Part shown: one piece after another, positions 1 through 8,978 of the stretch
Layout of the letters: every line of letters starts with the position of its first letter
Numbering within the stretch: the first letter of the stretch is position 1
Assembly (NCBI GenBank): GCA_964511965.1
Contig: CAZEGF010000023.1
Coordinates: 108,887-164,724, forward strand
Length of the DNA: 55,838 nt
Source of the DNA: an uncultured Gammaproteobacteria bacterium
Lineage (GTDB): Bacteria; Patescibacteriota; Microgenomatia; Levybacterales; GWA1-39-11
Direction: 5' to 3'
Made by a program: the position numbers and the translations under genes
The notes under the pieces: generated by a model
The model's input: the letters and a program-made list of their open reading frames with translations, nothing else
The model's database searches: none
What the model was told of the DNA's origin: nothing

Positions 1-1244
1 TTGCGATATTGCCATGGCATATCGTTTTGTCCCGTGCGACATCTGAAGGGGTAATTGGAATGTTCTTCTTAGTAATTTCTCTTTATTTTGCTTTTGTTTA
101 TATCAGAAGACATAGTTTTAGGTTCTTAGTTTTAAGTTTGATTTTCGGACTTCTCACTTATCTTTTTTATCACGTTTACCGGCTTTTACTTCCGCTAATT
201 TTCTTGCCACTACCAATATTTTTATCTAATTTTAAGCAAAGGATAAAAATTACAATTTGTGTATTGATTTTCTTTTTGGTGACTTTGATATTGTCATTAA
301 CAAATTTTGGAAGTGGACGGTTTAGTCAAGTTGCCTTTTATAAAAATGAATCTCTTACTAACACCATCGAAAAATTCACTATAGAGGAGGGTCAAAATAA
401 TATACTTATGGCACGAATTTTCCATAATAAAGCTGTTGTCTATTCACGTGAATTTATTAGACAGTATCTTACCTATTATTCTGTGGATTTTCTTTTCGAG
501 GACAAGGGTCTTCCTGACAGGTATGTAGTACCAAATCAGGGTTTGCTATTTTATAGCTTTATTTCAATTCTATTATTGTTCTTTCTCTACTTTTATCCAT
601 TTTCAAAAGCTCATAAAACTGTCTGGTTTATTTTATATCTTTTCATCATCATGCCGTTACCGGCTGCACTTACAAATGAAGATTCACCTAACGTTCATAG
701 AAGTATGCTTATGATTTTGCCGATAGTAATTATGATGGGTATAGGAATACATACGTTTTGTCATAATTCAAATAAAAAAATTAGAAATATGTTTGTGTTT
801 GTTCTTTCAGTAATTCTAACTTTTGAATTTATTTTCTTCTGGCACCAATATTCTGTTCATCAGCAGTCATATAAGCCGGTATTTAGAAATCAAGGGGAAA
901 AAGAGTTGATTTTATACGTTATGAAAAATAGAGATAAATTTAAAACAATTTATATGCCGCTAGAAGGGGATCTACCGTTATATTATCTTTTCTACACTCA
1001 AAGGTTGGATAAATTGGAAAAAGGAACAATACAAAAAAGATTTAAAGTGAAAGCAATCGACAATATTAAATTCGTTGATGTGACATGTATTACTGACAGA
1101 ATTGTACACAAAAAACTTGTAATTGAACCAAAATCACTTATTTTAGAAAGTGGAGATTGTCCTGATAATTCAAAATTGAAAGGAGACGTCATTATTACTA
1201 GATCAGACGGGACGAAAGCGTACAAAGCTATTCAATACCAATAA
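1..1244 (+). CDS. GT39/PMT_2-like polytopic membrane glycosyltransferase (GT-C fold), 5'-truncated by the window edge
   Basis: The frame is open back to base 3 (..A-I-L-P-W-H-I-V-L-S-R..). This matches the 'LAI[ST]PWHI.LSR' block found ~150 aa into the paralogs at 37648, 42876, 44534 and 48556. The C-terminal block 'DKFKTIYMP...LYYLFY' matches their 'YD.I.V....Y.FFLFY' block. Many hydrophobic spans. Confidence 0.8.
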   Translation, partial: AILPWHIVLSRATSEGVIGMFFLVISLYFAFVYIRRHSFRFLVLSLIFGLLTYLFYHVYRLLLPLIFLPLPIFLSNFKQRIKITICVLIFFLVTLILSLTNFGSGRFSQVAFYKNESLTNTIEKFTIEEGQNNILMARIFHNKAVVYSREFIRQYLTYYSVDFLFEDKGLPDRYVVPNQGLLFYSFISILLLFFLYFYPFSKAHKTVWFILYLFIIMPLPAALTNEDSPNVHRSMLMILPIVIMMGIGIHTFCHNSNKKIRNMFVFVLSVILTFEFIFFWHQYSVHQQSYKPVFRNQGEKELILYVMKNRDKFKTIYMPLEGDLPLYYLFYTQRLDKLEKGTIQKRFKVKAIDNIKFVDVTCITDRIVHKKLVIEPKSLILESGDCPDNSKLKGDVIITRSDGTKAYKAIQYQ

Positions 1245-1253
1245 TCAAAAACA

Positions 1254-1520
1254 TCAAACTTGTGGAGAAATAATAAATTCGGTATCAAATCCTCCCGATG
1301 TACCATCAATCGAAGTTATTGCTACAGTTGCACTGGCTACTCTTTCCAAAACCTCTTCACAATTTCCAAAAGTATCAAATTCAATTCTTTTTTGTACAAA
1401 AAAGGAAGGATAAAACTGTGTCTCACCGGTTCTTCGTTGGGTAGGTAGAGATGGGGGGATTTCCGACTTTAGTGGCTCAAAAAACTCAGGCCACCGTGAC
1501 TGAGATTCAATATCCTTCAT
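1254..1520 (-). CDS. hypothetical small protein (88 aa)
   Basis: ORF with a non-repetitive, charged composition that fills an otherwise empty gap. Its ATG lies exactly 6 nt downstream of a perfect TGtTATAAT extended -10 box on the minus strand. I recognise no family. Confidence 0.5.
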   Translation of the reverse strand: MKDIESQSRWPEFFEPLKSEIPPSLPTQRRTGETQFYPSFFVQKRIEFDTFGNCEEVLERVASATVAITSIDGTSGGFDTEFIISPQV

Positions 1521-1526
1521 TCTGAA

Positions 1527-1535
1527 ATTATAACA
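1527..1535 (-). promoter_or_regulatory. extended -10 box TGtTATAAT, 6 nt upstream of the ATG at 1520 (predicted leaderless start)
   Basis: The minus strand reads acaatTGtTATAATttcagaATG. The geometry matches 10 other sites in this window. Confidence 0.55.
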
Positions 1536-1536
1536 A

Positions 1537-2196
1537 TTGTATGCTTTAATACTATATGTGGATGAAATAATTGTAAAAAGACTAGATGATTTTTTTTCAA
1601 ATTATAAATTTCAGAAATATAAGAAAGGTGAGCTTTTAATTAGAGCAGACGAAAATCCAACCGGAATTTTTTACCTAAAAAAGGGAATCGTTAAAGAATA
1701 TTCGATTTCAAAAAAGGGGGACGAATTAGTTGTAAACATTTTTAAATCACAAGCTTTTTTCCCAATGTCGTGGGCTTTAAATAACACTCAGAATTCATAT
1801 TTTTTCGAAGCAACGGAAGATTTGGAATTATGGAAGGCACCTCGTGAAGACGTTATTGATTTTTTGCAAAAAAATCCCGATGTTACACTGGATCTTTTGA
1901 AAAGAGTATATAAAGGGACTGATGGGATGCTTATTAAAATAATGTATTTGATGTCCGGAAGTGCTTACGCCCGACTAATAACAGAACTTCTTACGCACTC
2001 TAAAAGATTTGGAGGAAATGGTCTGGTTTTGGATATTACAGAAGGAGATTTAGCTTCCAGAACCGGTATGACACGAGAAACGATCAGTCGGGAGATGAAA
2101 ATTCTTAAAGACAAAAATATAGTGAAAATTGAGAAAAATAAAGTAATGATTTTAAATTTAACAAATTTAGAGCTTGAGTTAGATGGAGGGATTTAG
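1537..2196 (+). CDS. Crp/Fnr-family transcriptional regulator (cNMP-binding-like beta-barrel plus C-terminal HTH)
   Basis: Effector-domain pattern 'GELLIRADENPTGIFYLKKGIVKEY...GDELVVNIF'. C-terminal HTH 'ITEGDLASRTGMTRETISREMKILKDKNIV'. Length ~215 aa. The true start may be the in-frame GTG at 1558 rather than the TTG at 1537. Confidence 0.8.
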   Translation: MYALILYVDEIIVKRLDDFFSNYKFQKYKKGELLIRADENPTGIFYLKKGIVKEYSISKKGDELVVNIFKSQAFFPMSWALNNTQNSYFFEATEDLELWKAPREDVIDFLQKNPDVTLDLLKRVYKGTDGMLIKIMYLMSGSAYARLITELLTHSKRFGGNGLVLDITEGDLASRTGMTRETISREMKILKDKNIVKIEKNKVMILNLTNLELELDGGI

Positions 2197-2546
2197 TGGG
2201 GAAGCGATTTGGTGATAATTTCTTTTGTAGGTATAATTCTAGCTCTTTTTTTACTCTCTGTTGGAAGTCCGGTAGGAAGTAAATATCCCTGCCATTTTCC
2301 TTCACCTGCGTGTAATTCAAGATGAAGAAGGTCGGTAAGCTTTGGTTCATCTTTTACTTTATAAAGTCGGTATGACCCTTTTGTAAGAACAGATTGAATA
2401 GGATGTTTTTCATTAGAGGTGACAAGTATATCCCCGATATTCTTTGCTTTTATCCAGGCAAATGAATCGTTTTCAAGATCAAGTATTTTAATCTGATTTT
2501 GAGTCTCACTCAAACTAAATTTTCCGGATTGTATATTTTGGATCAT
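2193..2546 (-). CDS. hypothetical protein (117 aa)
   Basis: ORF convergent with the Crp-like gene, with a 4-nt overlap. Plausible soluble-protein composition. A weaker TACTAT box lies 7 nt upstream of its ATG. No family recognised. Confidence 0.5.
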   Translation of the reverse strand: MIQNIQSGKFSLSETQNQIKILDLENDSFAWIKAKNIGDILVTSNEKHPIQSVLTKGSYRLYKVKDEPKLTDLLHLELHAGEGKWQGYLLPTGLPTESKKRARIIPTKEIITKSLPH

Positions 2547-2591
2547 AAAAGAAATAGTAAATGTACTATAGTATTTTTAAAATAGTTAATC

Positions 2592-2607
2592 AGTGATGTG
2601 TATCACA
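2592..2607. promoter_or_regulatory. CRP/FNR-type palindromic operator candidate (AGTGA-N6-TCACA, or GTGAT-N4-ATCAC)
   Basis: Perfect inverted repeat GTGATgtgtATCAC in the 100-bp divergent intergenic region between the 117-aa gene and ppsA. It matches the E. coli CRP core TGTGA-N6-TCACA at 9 of 10 positions. A Crp/Fnr-family regulator is encoded ~400 bp away. Confidence 0.45.
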
Positions 2608-2646
2608 TATATATATTGATAATGATTACAGAAAAAAGGTATTATA

Positions 2647-5118
2647 TTGAGTAAAGTATTAACTATGCCTGACCGTTCTGCCTATTATATTCTTTGGTTT
2701 GATGAAATAACTAAAGATGATATCCCTCTTGTAGGTGGTAAAAACGCCAACTTGGGAGAGATGTATCAAAATCTTTCACACACAACAAGTTCCCTATTTG
2801 CAGGTGAAAAAATTCAAGTACCATTCGGATTTGCGGTTACAGCGTATTCATATCGGTATTTTGTTGAACAAAATGCGCTAGACAAAAAAATCGGTGAAGC
2901 TTTGGCGAATTTAGACACAAGAAACATAAAAGCACTTGAGGAAGCCGGTAGAACCGTAAGGGACTTAATAATGGCAAGTGAGTTCCCTCAAGATCTTTCA
3001 GATGCAATAATTGGCGCATATCATGATTTGGCTAGGAGGATATCAAACGATGGTGATGTAGATGTTGCGGTAAGGTCGTCAGCCACTGCAGAAGATCTCC
3101 CTGACGCTTCTTTTGCAGGTCAGCAAGAATCATATCTAAATGTTCGGGGAGAGCATGAATTACTCGAGTCCATAAAAAAAGCATTTGCATCACTTTTTAC
3201 TAACCGTGCAATCTCATATAGGGTTGATAAAAATTTTGACCACTTCAAAGTTGCTCTTTCAGTTTCTGTTCAGAAGATGGCCAGATCAGACAGGGGAGCT
3301 AGTGGCGTTATGTTTACCCTGGACACAGATAGTGGATTTAGGGATGTGGTTCTCATAAATGCATCATGGGGGTTGGGTGAATATGTTGTGAAAGGTATAG
3401 TAACTCCGGATGAATATATAGTTTTTAAGCCAACGCTTAAAAATGGATTTAAATCAATTATAAGTAAAAAAATAGGATCAAAAGAGAAGAAGTTAATTTA
3501 TGCAACCGAAGGAAATACTCCAACCAAAGAAGTTCAAGTAACCCCTAACGAGCGTGCGATGTTTGTTTTGGACAACGATCTTATTACTAGACTTTCAAAA
3601 TGGGGAATTATGATTGAAGATCATTACCAAAAGCCTATGGATATAGAATGGGCTTACGACGGGGAGACAAAAGATCTATATATTGTCCAAGCACGTCCGG
3701 AAACAGTACAAGCTAAAAAAAGCGCAACGGTTCTTGAAGAGTATGTTTTGGAAGAAAAAGGACAAGTACTTGCTAGTGGTGCTTCAGTCGGTAGAAAAAT
3801 TGGACAAGGCAAAGCCCATTTCATAAAAGATCCAAGCCAGTTGTCTGAATTTCAACCCGGGGAAGTATTAGTTGCTGAAATAACCGATCCCGACTGGGAA
3901 CCAATCATGAAAATTGCCAGTGCAATAGTTACCAATTCCGGAGGAAGGACAAGTCATGCTGCAATTGTTTCAAGAGAATTAGGAATACCTGCAATTGTTG
4001 GATGCGGAAATGCGACAACTGCAATACCAAATGGGCAAGACATTACTGTTTCATGTACTGATGGAGAGGTAGGAAATGTATATCAGGGAATATTGAAATT
4101 CAGAATAGATTCAACCGACATTGCGAATTTTGAATTGCCAAAGACTGACATAAAAATGATTGTTGCAAGTCCGGAGCTTGTATTTAATTACTCACAAATT
4201 CCAAATAAAGGAGTGGGTCTTGCACGTGAGGAATTTATTATTTCAAATTTTATTAAAATTCACCCAAATGCACTTCTTGACTATGACAATCTCACAGACA
4301 TGAATGTTAAAAATCAAATAGATGCCTTAACCGTTGGTTATGACAATAAGGTTCAATATTATATAGACAAGCTTGCCTATGGAATTGCTCTAATCGCAGC
4401 TCCATTTTATCCAAATGAAGTGCTTTTACGATTTAGTGATTTCAAATCCAATGAATATGCAAATTTGATTGGTGGAAAGCTGTATGAACCGGAAGAAGAA
4501 AATCCAATGATAGGATGGAGAGGTGCAAGCCGTTATACTGACCCAAATTTTTCAAAAGCATTTGCTTTAGAGTGCGAAGCTGTTAAAAAAGTAAGAAATG
4601 AAATGGGATTATATAATCTGCAAGTTATGATACCATTCTGCCGCACACCTGAAGAAGGTAAAGCGGTACTTGAGGAAATGAATAAGCATGGACTTGTTCA
4701 TGACAAAGCTAAAAACCAGCTTAATAAAGAAAGTCTCGATGAAAATCTTCACGTATGGGTTATGGCTGAGGTTCCATCAAATGTAATTCTGGTAGATGAA
4801 TTTGCCGATATCTTTGATGGATTTTCCATCGGATCAAATGATCTAACGCAACTTACTTTGGGGCTTGATCGAGATTCAAAGTTGATAGCCCATATAGGAA
4901 ATGAAAATAATGCAGCGGTTCACAGTATGATTTCAACACTTATTAAAAAGGCTCACGCAAAAAATTTGAAAGTTGGGATATGTGGACAAGGGCCTTCTGA
5001 TTTTCCGGAACTTGCCGAATTTTTGGTAAGAGAGGGAATTGACTCTATATCGCTAAATCCTGACACTGTTCTAAAGACAGCTGTAAAAGTAAAAGAAGTT
5101 GAAGCATCCCTTCTGTGA
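2647..5118 (+). CDS. ppsA: phosphoenolpyruvate synthase (pyruvate, water dikinase)
   Basis: N-terminal ATP-grasp motif 'VGGKNANLGEM'. Phospho-histidine swivel motif 'GGRTSHAAIVSRELGIPAIVG'. C-terminal PEP-utilising TIM-barrel motifs 'GWRGASRY' and 'GFSIGSNDLTQLTLG'. Length 823 aa. The TTG at 2647 is preceded by AAAAGG at suitable spacing; an alternative ATG lies at 2665. Confidence 0.93.
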   Translation: MSKVLTMPDRSAYYILWFDEITKDDIPLVGGKNANLGEMYQNLSHTTSSLFAGEKIQVPFGFAVTAYSYRYFVEQNALDKKIGEALANLDTRNIKALEEAGRTVRDLIMASEFPQDLSDAIIGAYHDLARRISNDGDVDVAVRSSATAEDLPDASFAGQQESYLNVRGEHELLESIKKAFASLFTNRAISYRVDKNFDHFKVALSVSVQKMARSDRGASGVMFTLDTDSGFRDVVLINASWGLGEYVVKGIVTPDEYIVFKPTLKNGFKSIISKKIGSKEKKLIYATEGNTPTKEVQVTPNERAMFVLDNDLITRLSKWGIMIEDHYQKPMDIEWAYDGETKDLYIVQARPETVQAKKSATVLEEYVLEEKGQVLASGASVGRKIGQGKAHFIKDPSQLSEFQPGEVLVAEITDPDWEPIMKIASAIVTNSGGRTSHAAIVSRELGIPAIVGCGNATTAIPNGQDITVSCTDGEVGNVYQGILKFRIDSTDIANFELPKTDIKMIVASPELVFNYSQIPNKGVGLAREEFIISNFIKIHPNALLDYDNLTDMNVKNQIDALTVGYDNKVQYYIDKLAYGIALIAAPFYPNEVLLRFSDFKSNEYANLIGGKLYEPEEENPMIGWRGASRYTDPNFSKAFALECEAVKKVRNEMGLYNLQVMIPFCRTPEEGKAVLEEMNKHGLVHDKAKNQLNKESLDENLHVWVMAEVPSNVILVDEFADIFDGFSIGSNDLTQLTLGLDRDSKLIAHIGNENNAAVHSMISTLIKKAHAKNLKVGICGQGPSDFPELAEFLVREGIDSISLNPDTVLKTAVKVKEVEASLL

Positions 5119-5147
5119 GCTAGATCAATTACAATAATTAATAAGGG

Positions 5148-5168
5148 CATTACAATATCCTTGTAATG
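5148..5168 (+). promoter_or_regulatory. 8-bp inverted repeat (cattacaa-N5-ttgtaatg) that includes the ATG of the downstream gene
   Basis: Read directly: 5148-5155 pairs with 5161-5168, and the right arm contains the ATG at 5166. A 9-bp direct repeat 'attacaata' occurs at 5128-5136 and 5149-5157. The stem is AT-rich (2 G:C pairs) with no T-run, so it is not a convincing intrinsic terminator. Confidence 0.3.
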
Positions 5169-5609
5169 AAACAATATCTAGTAATCCTCGCCGATCGTAA
5201 ACGAGCGCATTTAATTCTCGTTAAGAATGGAAAAGTTGTTTTATATGAAAAGCTACCCACAGATCTTGCTCCCCGAAAAGTTAAGCACGGACAAAATGAT
5301 TGGGATGCACAGGATAAAATTTTGAGAAAAAGGAATGGACTACTTGATATTCACTTGGATAAAATCTCAAAAAGCGCAATAGAATTTACAAAGAATATAA
5401 GAATAGACGGAGTTGTGTTTGGTGGACACCAGGATTTACATCATAAAATATCAGAAACCCTAACGTATCCGCTAAAAAATAAATTCATGGGTTTTTTTAT
5501 AACTGAACTTAAAATTCCACAAAATCAATTAACCGAAAAAGCTTTGCAAAGAATTTTAGAACTTGAGAATGAAAAGGAGGAGAAAAAAATTCAGGAAGCT
5601 TTATCATAA
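5166..5609 (+). CDS. hypothetical protein, possibly Host_attach / bacterial aeRF1-like (baeRF) family
   Basis: The N-terminus 'YLVILADRKRAHLILV' resembles the 'W.LVADG.RARIF' opening of host-attachment-protein-type sequences. Size ~147 aa, with an exposed 'KHGQ' tripeptide. The assignment is from memory of the family pattern only. Confidence 0.4.
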   Translation: MKQYLVILADRKRAHLILVKNGKVVLYEKLPTDLAPRKVKHGQNDWDAQDKILRKRNGLLDIHLDKISKSAIEFTKNIRIDGVVFGGHQDLHHKISETLTYPLKNKFMGFFITELKIPQNQLTEKALQRILELENEKEEKKIQEALS

Positions 5610-5683
5610 AATACGAATTAGTAATTAAAGTGTTTACTTTCTGCCAGAAATGCTTGTACTATTAATATGTACCAAAATTTACA

Positions 5684-6265
5684 ATGCCAAATCTTGATTA
5701 TAAAGAAAAATTATTGGGAGTTATTCATACCGATGGTAAGCCAAATATTATTGTAAGCCATGTAACTATCCGGCAAAGCATATTTTTCCTCCATCTGAAA
5801 TTAGTTGCAATCGAAATTTTAGAAGCATTAGCAATTATTGTTTTTTACACATTATTTATACAAGCTCCCCTCAAGCAACAAATAAGTCAAAATATAATGA
5901 TAGTAAATATCCCGATTTTAATCGGTTTAATTATATTAAAACTTTCGATAACTATTTTTGTGATACTGCAATGGTTGAATGAGTACTATGAAATAAAGCC
6001 CGAAGTTGTGGTATTTAAAAAAGGTTTTATTTTCAAGCAAGAAAAAAGATTTTTGTTAAAGCATATTGGTGCAGTAACCCTTGAGCAGGGTATTTTTGGA
6101 AGGGTATTTAACTTTGGAACACTAAAGCTTTTTAATTGGACTTCTGAAAAAGAAGAATATTTGTATCTCATTCATAATCCTGAAAAATACCAAAAAATAT
6201 TAGAAGACCTCACCCCAGAGGCAGATGAGGAGAAGGACACCATCCGAAAAGGTATTCTAAGCTAA
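5684..6265 (+). CDS. membrane protein with a bacterial PH (bPH_2 / YdbS-YdbT-like) domain
   Basis: Two to three N-terminal hydrophobic helices, followed by 'YYEIKPEVVVFKKGFIFKQEKRFLLKHIGAVTLEQGIFGRVFNFGTLKL', the typical bPH_2 pattern. Confidence 0.7.
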   Translation: MPNLDYKEKLLGVIHTDGKPNIIVSHVTIRQSIFFLHLKLVAIEILEALAIIVFYTLFIQAPLKQQISQNIMIVNIPILIGLIILKLSITIFVILQWLNEYYEIKPEVVVFKKGFIFKQEKRFLLKHIGAVTLEQGIFGRVFNFGTLKLFNWTSEKEEYLYLIHNPEKYQKILEDLTPEADEEKDTIRKGILS

Positions 6266-6295
6266 AACTACGTTATTAAGAAATAACTGCAGTCT

Positions 6296-6304
6296 TGCTA
6301 TACT
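6296..6304 (+). promoter_or_regulatory. extended -10 box TGcTATACT, 6 nt upstream of the ATG at 6311 (predicted leaderless start)
   Basis: Reads cttGcTATACTagatgcATG, with T6296 G6297 forming the TGn extension. Same geometry as the other sites. Confidence 0.5.
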
Positions 6305-6310
6305 AGATGC

Positions 6311-7504
6311 ATGGATGAGACAGGAGAACTTCCACAAGCAAAGCCAGCTGTAGAGAGAAAAATTGTAAAAAGAACAAATCTAAATCCGAATGGGTTCAAA
6401 TCTGTCGTAGATCCAAATGAACCGATAATTGGTGGACCTGCTAAGACAGAGTATATTCCGCAAGGACCCAATTCCCCAAAAAAACCTGAAGAAACTGCAA
6501 GTTTTGGGACAAAAGCCGTTCTTACTGTTGCGGGTTTGGCTACAATGGCTGGAGTTGCAAAAGGAATTGATGAAATGCAAAGTGCAGATGCTGCTGAGCC
6601 TCCAGCGCCAGTAGTTTCGGTTCGGCAGGATGAACAAAATCAACCTGTTCAAGAAGTCATGCCAGCGGCGATGGCAAAAGAGTTGGTTGCATCAGAAGTC
6701 AAATCTGATGAGCCTGACCTATTTGATGAAATTTTCCACGATCTTTCTCCTTTTCAAAAAGCAGAAGCTCAAGCTGAAGTTGCAAAGTTCAAAGAAAGAA
6801 TTTTGGCAAAAGAGGATTATGAAAAAGAGCACATAGAAATTCCCATGCAATACAAAGATGTCATTGAAAATACAGCAAATGCTTATGGTATTTCGGTCGA
6901 CACTCTCATGGGGCTTATTGGTACGGAAAATGGTGGAGGACCCGACAAAATAAATTCAATTTCAAAAGCAAGAGGTGTTGCGCAATTTATGCCAGATACT
7001 GCAGTGCAATATAAATTAATAGATAAATATGGAGATCACAGAGGAGACCCGGTTTTGAGTATCGATGCAGCTGGGAGATATTTAAGAGACACTAAAGCAC
7101 TTTTTGCAGGAGATGAGGGGATGGCGCTTTGGTCATATCATGCTGGACCCGGTAATGTGTATCATGCACTTCGCATATATTTTTATGATGTAAATCATGA
7201 GAATTTACATGACTATGGAGCTGCAATTCAAAATAATAACGCAGATGACAGAATAAAGATTGAGGAAAGAACAAAAGAATTAATTCTTCAAGATAAATTG
7301 GATATTTCAAAACTACTCGCAAACGAAAAAGTTAAGGAGTTTACTGCAACATTGAAAGATTATTCCGAAACATATCCTGCAACAGTTGTTGCGATGAGTC
7401 AGGTAATCAGGGAGTATCAAAAGCAACACCCAGTTCACGATCTTGGAAATGGTTTAAGGGTTTTTGTTGGCGACAACCCAACCGCCAAGCCGACAGGAAG
7501 ATAA
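6311..7504 (+). CDS. lytic transglycosylase (SLT domain) with a disordered N-terminal region and one membrane anchor
   Basis: SLT motifs 'GLIGTENGG' (catalytic Glu context), 'ARGVAQFMPDTA' and 'YHAGPGNV'. Hydrophobic segment 'AVLTVAGLATMAGVA'. The N-terminal third is low-complexity and rich in P, E and A. Confidence 0.8.
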   Translation: MDETGELPQAKPAVERKIVKRTNLNPNGFKSVVDPNEPIIGGPAKTEYIPQGPNSPKKPEETASFGTKAVLTVAGLATMAGVAKGIDEMQSADAAEPPAPVVSVRQDEQNQPVQEVMPAAMAKELVASEVKSDEPDLFDEIFHDLSPFQKAEAQAEVAKFKERILAKEDYEKEHIEIPMQYKDVIENTANAYGISVDTLMGLIGTENGGGPDKINSISKARGVAQFMPDTAVQYKLIDKYGDHRGDPVLSIDAAGRYLRDTKALFAGDEGMALWSYHAGPGNVYHALRIYFYDVNHENLHDYGAAIQNNNADDRIKIEERTKELILQDKLDISKLLANEKVKEFTATLKDYSETYPATVVAMSQVIREYQKQHPVHDLGNGLRVFVGDNPTAKPTGR

Positions 7505-7587
7505 ACAACTGTGCTCCGGTAAGAGAAATTTTACTCAATAACCCCTTGGATATATTTTAATTTGAATAATTCCGTTAGGATAAAGAA

Positions 7588-8787
7588 TTAATTTACAACT
7601 TTATTCAATTCCAATTTTTTATGAAATACAAGCAATATGAAAAAAGCCAGAAGTGCCATCGCGCTTCCATAAATAAATGTTGCATGTGGATTTATAAAGT
7701 GCCACATGAGCCCTCCCAAAAGGGAAGCAAGAAAAGTTCCTACTGCAGTTAGAGTATAATAAGCTCCGAAATATGATCCCGATTCCTTTTTCTGAATAAA
7801 TTCTGATAAATAGGCTTTTGAGACGCCGTCTGTTGCAGCAATATAAGTTCCATAAATAGGAAATAAAAACCACAACCAAAATGATGAGTTAATAAGTCCG
7901 AAAAGTAGATAAACACCTGAAAATACAATTAGCCCTATCGCAAATACCTTTCTTGCCCCAATTTTATCTGCAAGCATACCAGCGGGTGCTGAAAATACGG
8001 TTTGTGAAATATTATAAAGTACGTATACAGTTACTACCCCAATGGTCGCAAGTCCTAAATTTTTTGCTTGAAGTAACAAGAATACATCAGAGCTGTTGCC
8101 AACGGCGAAAATAAAACTTATAAGCAAAAATAATTTAAGACGCTGGTCCATATTCTTGAAACTTATTTTTACAAATTTAGCTTTTTCTTTTTTTACTTTT
8201 AACGCTTTTTCTTTTACAAGAAATACAAGCAAAAAAATCGCAATTACTGCCGGAATAAAAGCTACAAAAAATGTCTCACGGATATTGTCTTTTAATAAAT
8301 AGAGAACAACCAATGCCAATAAGGGTCCAAAGACAGCACCTAGACTATCAAAAGCCCTATGAAATCCGAAAATATAGCCCTTATTTTCAGGAGTAGAATT
8401 TTCCAAAAGAATGCTATCTCTTGCAGCGGTTCGAAGACCTTTGCCGAGTCTATCTACAATACGTGCAAAAAGTACCATTTGCCACCCAAGTGCCAGACCA
8501 ATCAATAATTTTGATGCCGCACCAAAAGAATATCCTACAGTCACAAATACTTTTCTTTTCTGTATATAGTCTGAGTAAGCTCCGAAAAAGTATTTTGTAA
8601 TGCTTGCTAGCGCTTCAACCAATCCTTCAATAATTCCTACTATCGGAATTGAAGTATGCAAAACTGTTGTCAGAAAAATTGGCACAATAGGATAAATCAT
8701 TTCCGAAGCAAGGTCATTAAAAAAGCTAACAACACTTAGTACAACTACGGTGAAAGGAGGAAATTTAGGTCTTTTAAATAAGCTCAT
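7588..8787 (-). CDS. MFS transporter
   Basis: 399 aa with ~12 hydrophobic helices. MFS loop 2-3-like motif 'DRLGKGLRTAARD' and a second-half 'LADKIGARK' motif. Confidence 0.85.
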   Translation of the reverse strand: MSLFKRPKFPPFTVVVLSVVSFFNDLASEMIYPIVPIFLTTVLHTSIPIVGIIEGLVEALASITKYFFGAYSDYIQKRKVFVTVGYSFGAASKLLIGLALGWQMVLFARIVDRLGKGLRTAARDSILLENSTPENKGYIFGFHRAFDSLGAVFGPLLALVVLYLLKDNIRETFFVAFIPAVIAIFLLVFLVKEKALKVKKEKAKFVKISFKNMDQRLKLFLLISFIFAVGNSSDVFLLLQAKNLGLATIGVVTVYVLYNISQTVFSAPAGMLADKIGARKVFAIGLIVFSGVYLLFGLINSSFWLWFLFPIYGTYIAATDGVSKAYLSEFIQKKESGSYFGAYYTLTAVGTFLASLLGGLMWHFINPHATFIYGSAMALLAFFILLVFHKKLELNKVVN

Positions 8788-8793
8788 TTTCTC

Positions 8794-8802
8794 ATTATAT
8801 CA
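8794..8802 (-). promoter_or_regulatory. extended -10 box TGaTATAAT, 6 nt upstream of the ATG at 8787 (predicted leaderless start)
   Basis: The minus strand reads acgaTGaTATAATgagaaaATG. Confidence 0.55.
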
Positions 8803-8964
8803 TCGTAAAAATGAACCGATTTTTGGTCGTGATAAATATGATATTCAACAAATCTCAAGGTTATATTTTTCTGATTTACTCTTTTCCCACAAAATTAAAG
8901 TAAGTTATTTGTCTTAAAATTTAGGAATGGCAACAAGTTGGGAACAAGAAAATAGACAGAATAT

Positions 8965-8972
8965 TGTATAAT
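8965..8972 (+). promoter_or_regulatory. -10 box TATAAT (preceded by TG), 6 nt upstream of the ATG at 8979 (predicted leaderless start)
   Basis: Reads atatTGTATAATtgtattATGact. This favours the ATG at 8979 over the TTG at 8964, which would lie inside the promoter. Confidence 0.5.
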
Positions 8973-8978
8973 TGTATT

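Noticed and set aside
7505-7587. Intrinsic terminator between the convergent SLT and MFS genes
   Set aside because: Only 3-4-bp complementary stretches are present, with no G:C-rich stem followed by a T-run on either strand. This is not supportable from the sequence.
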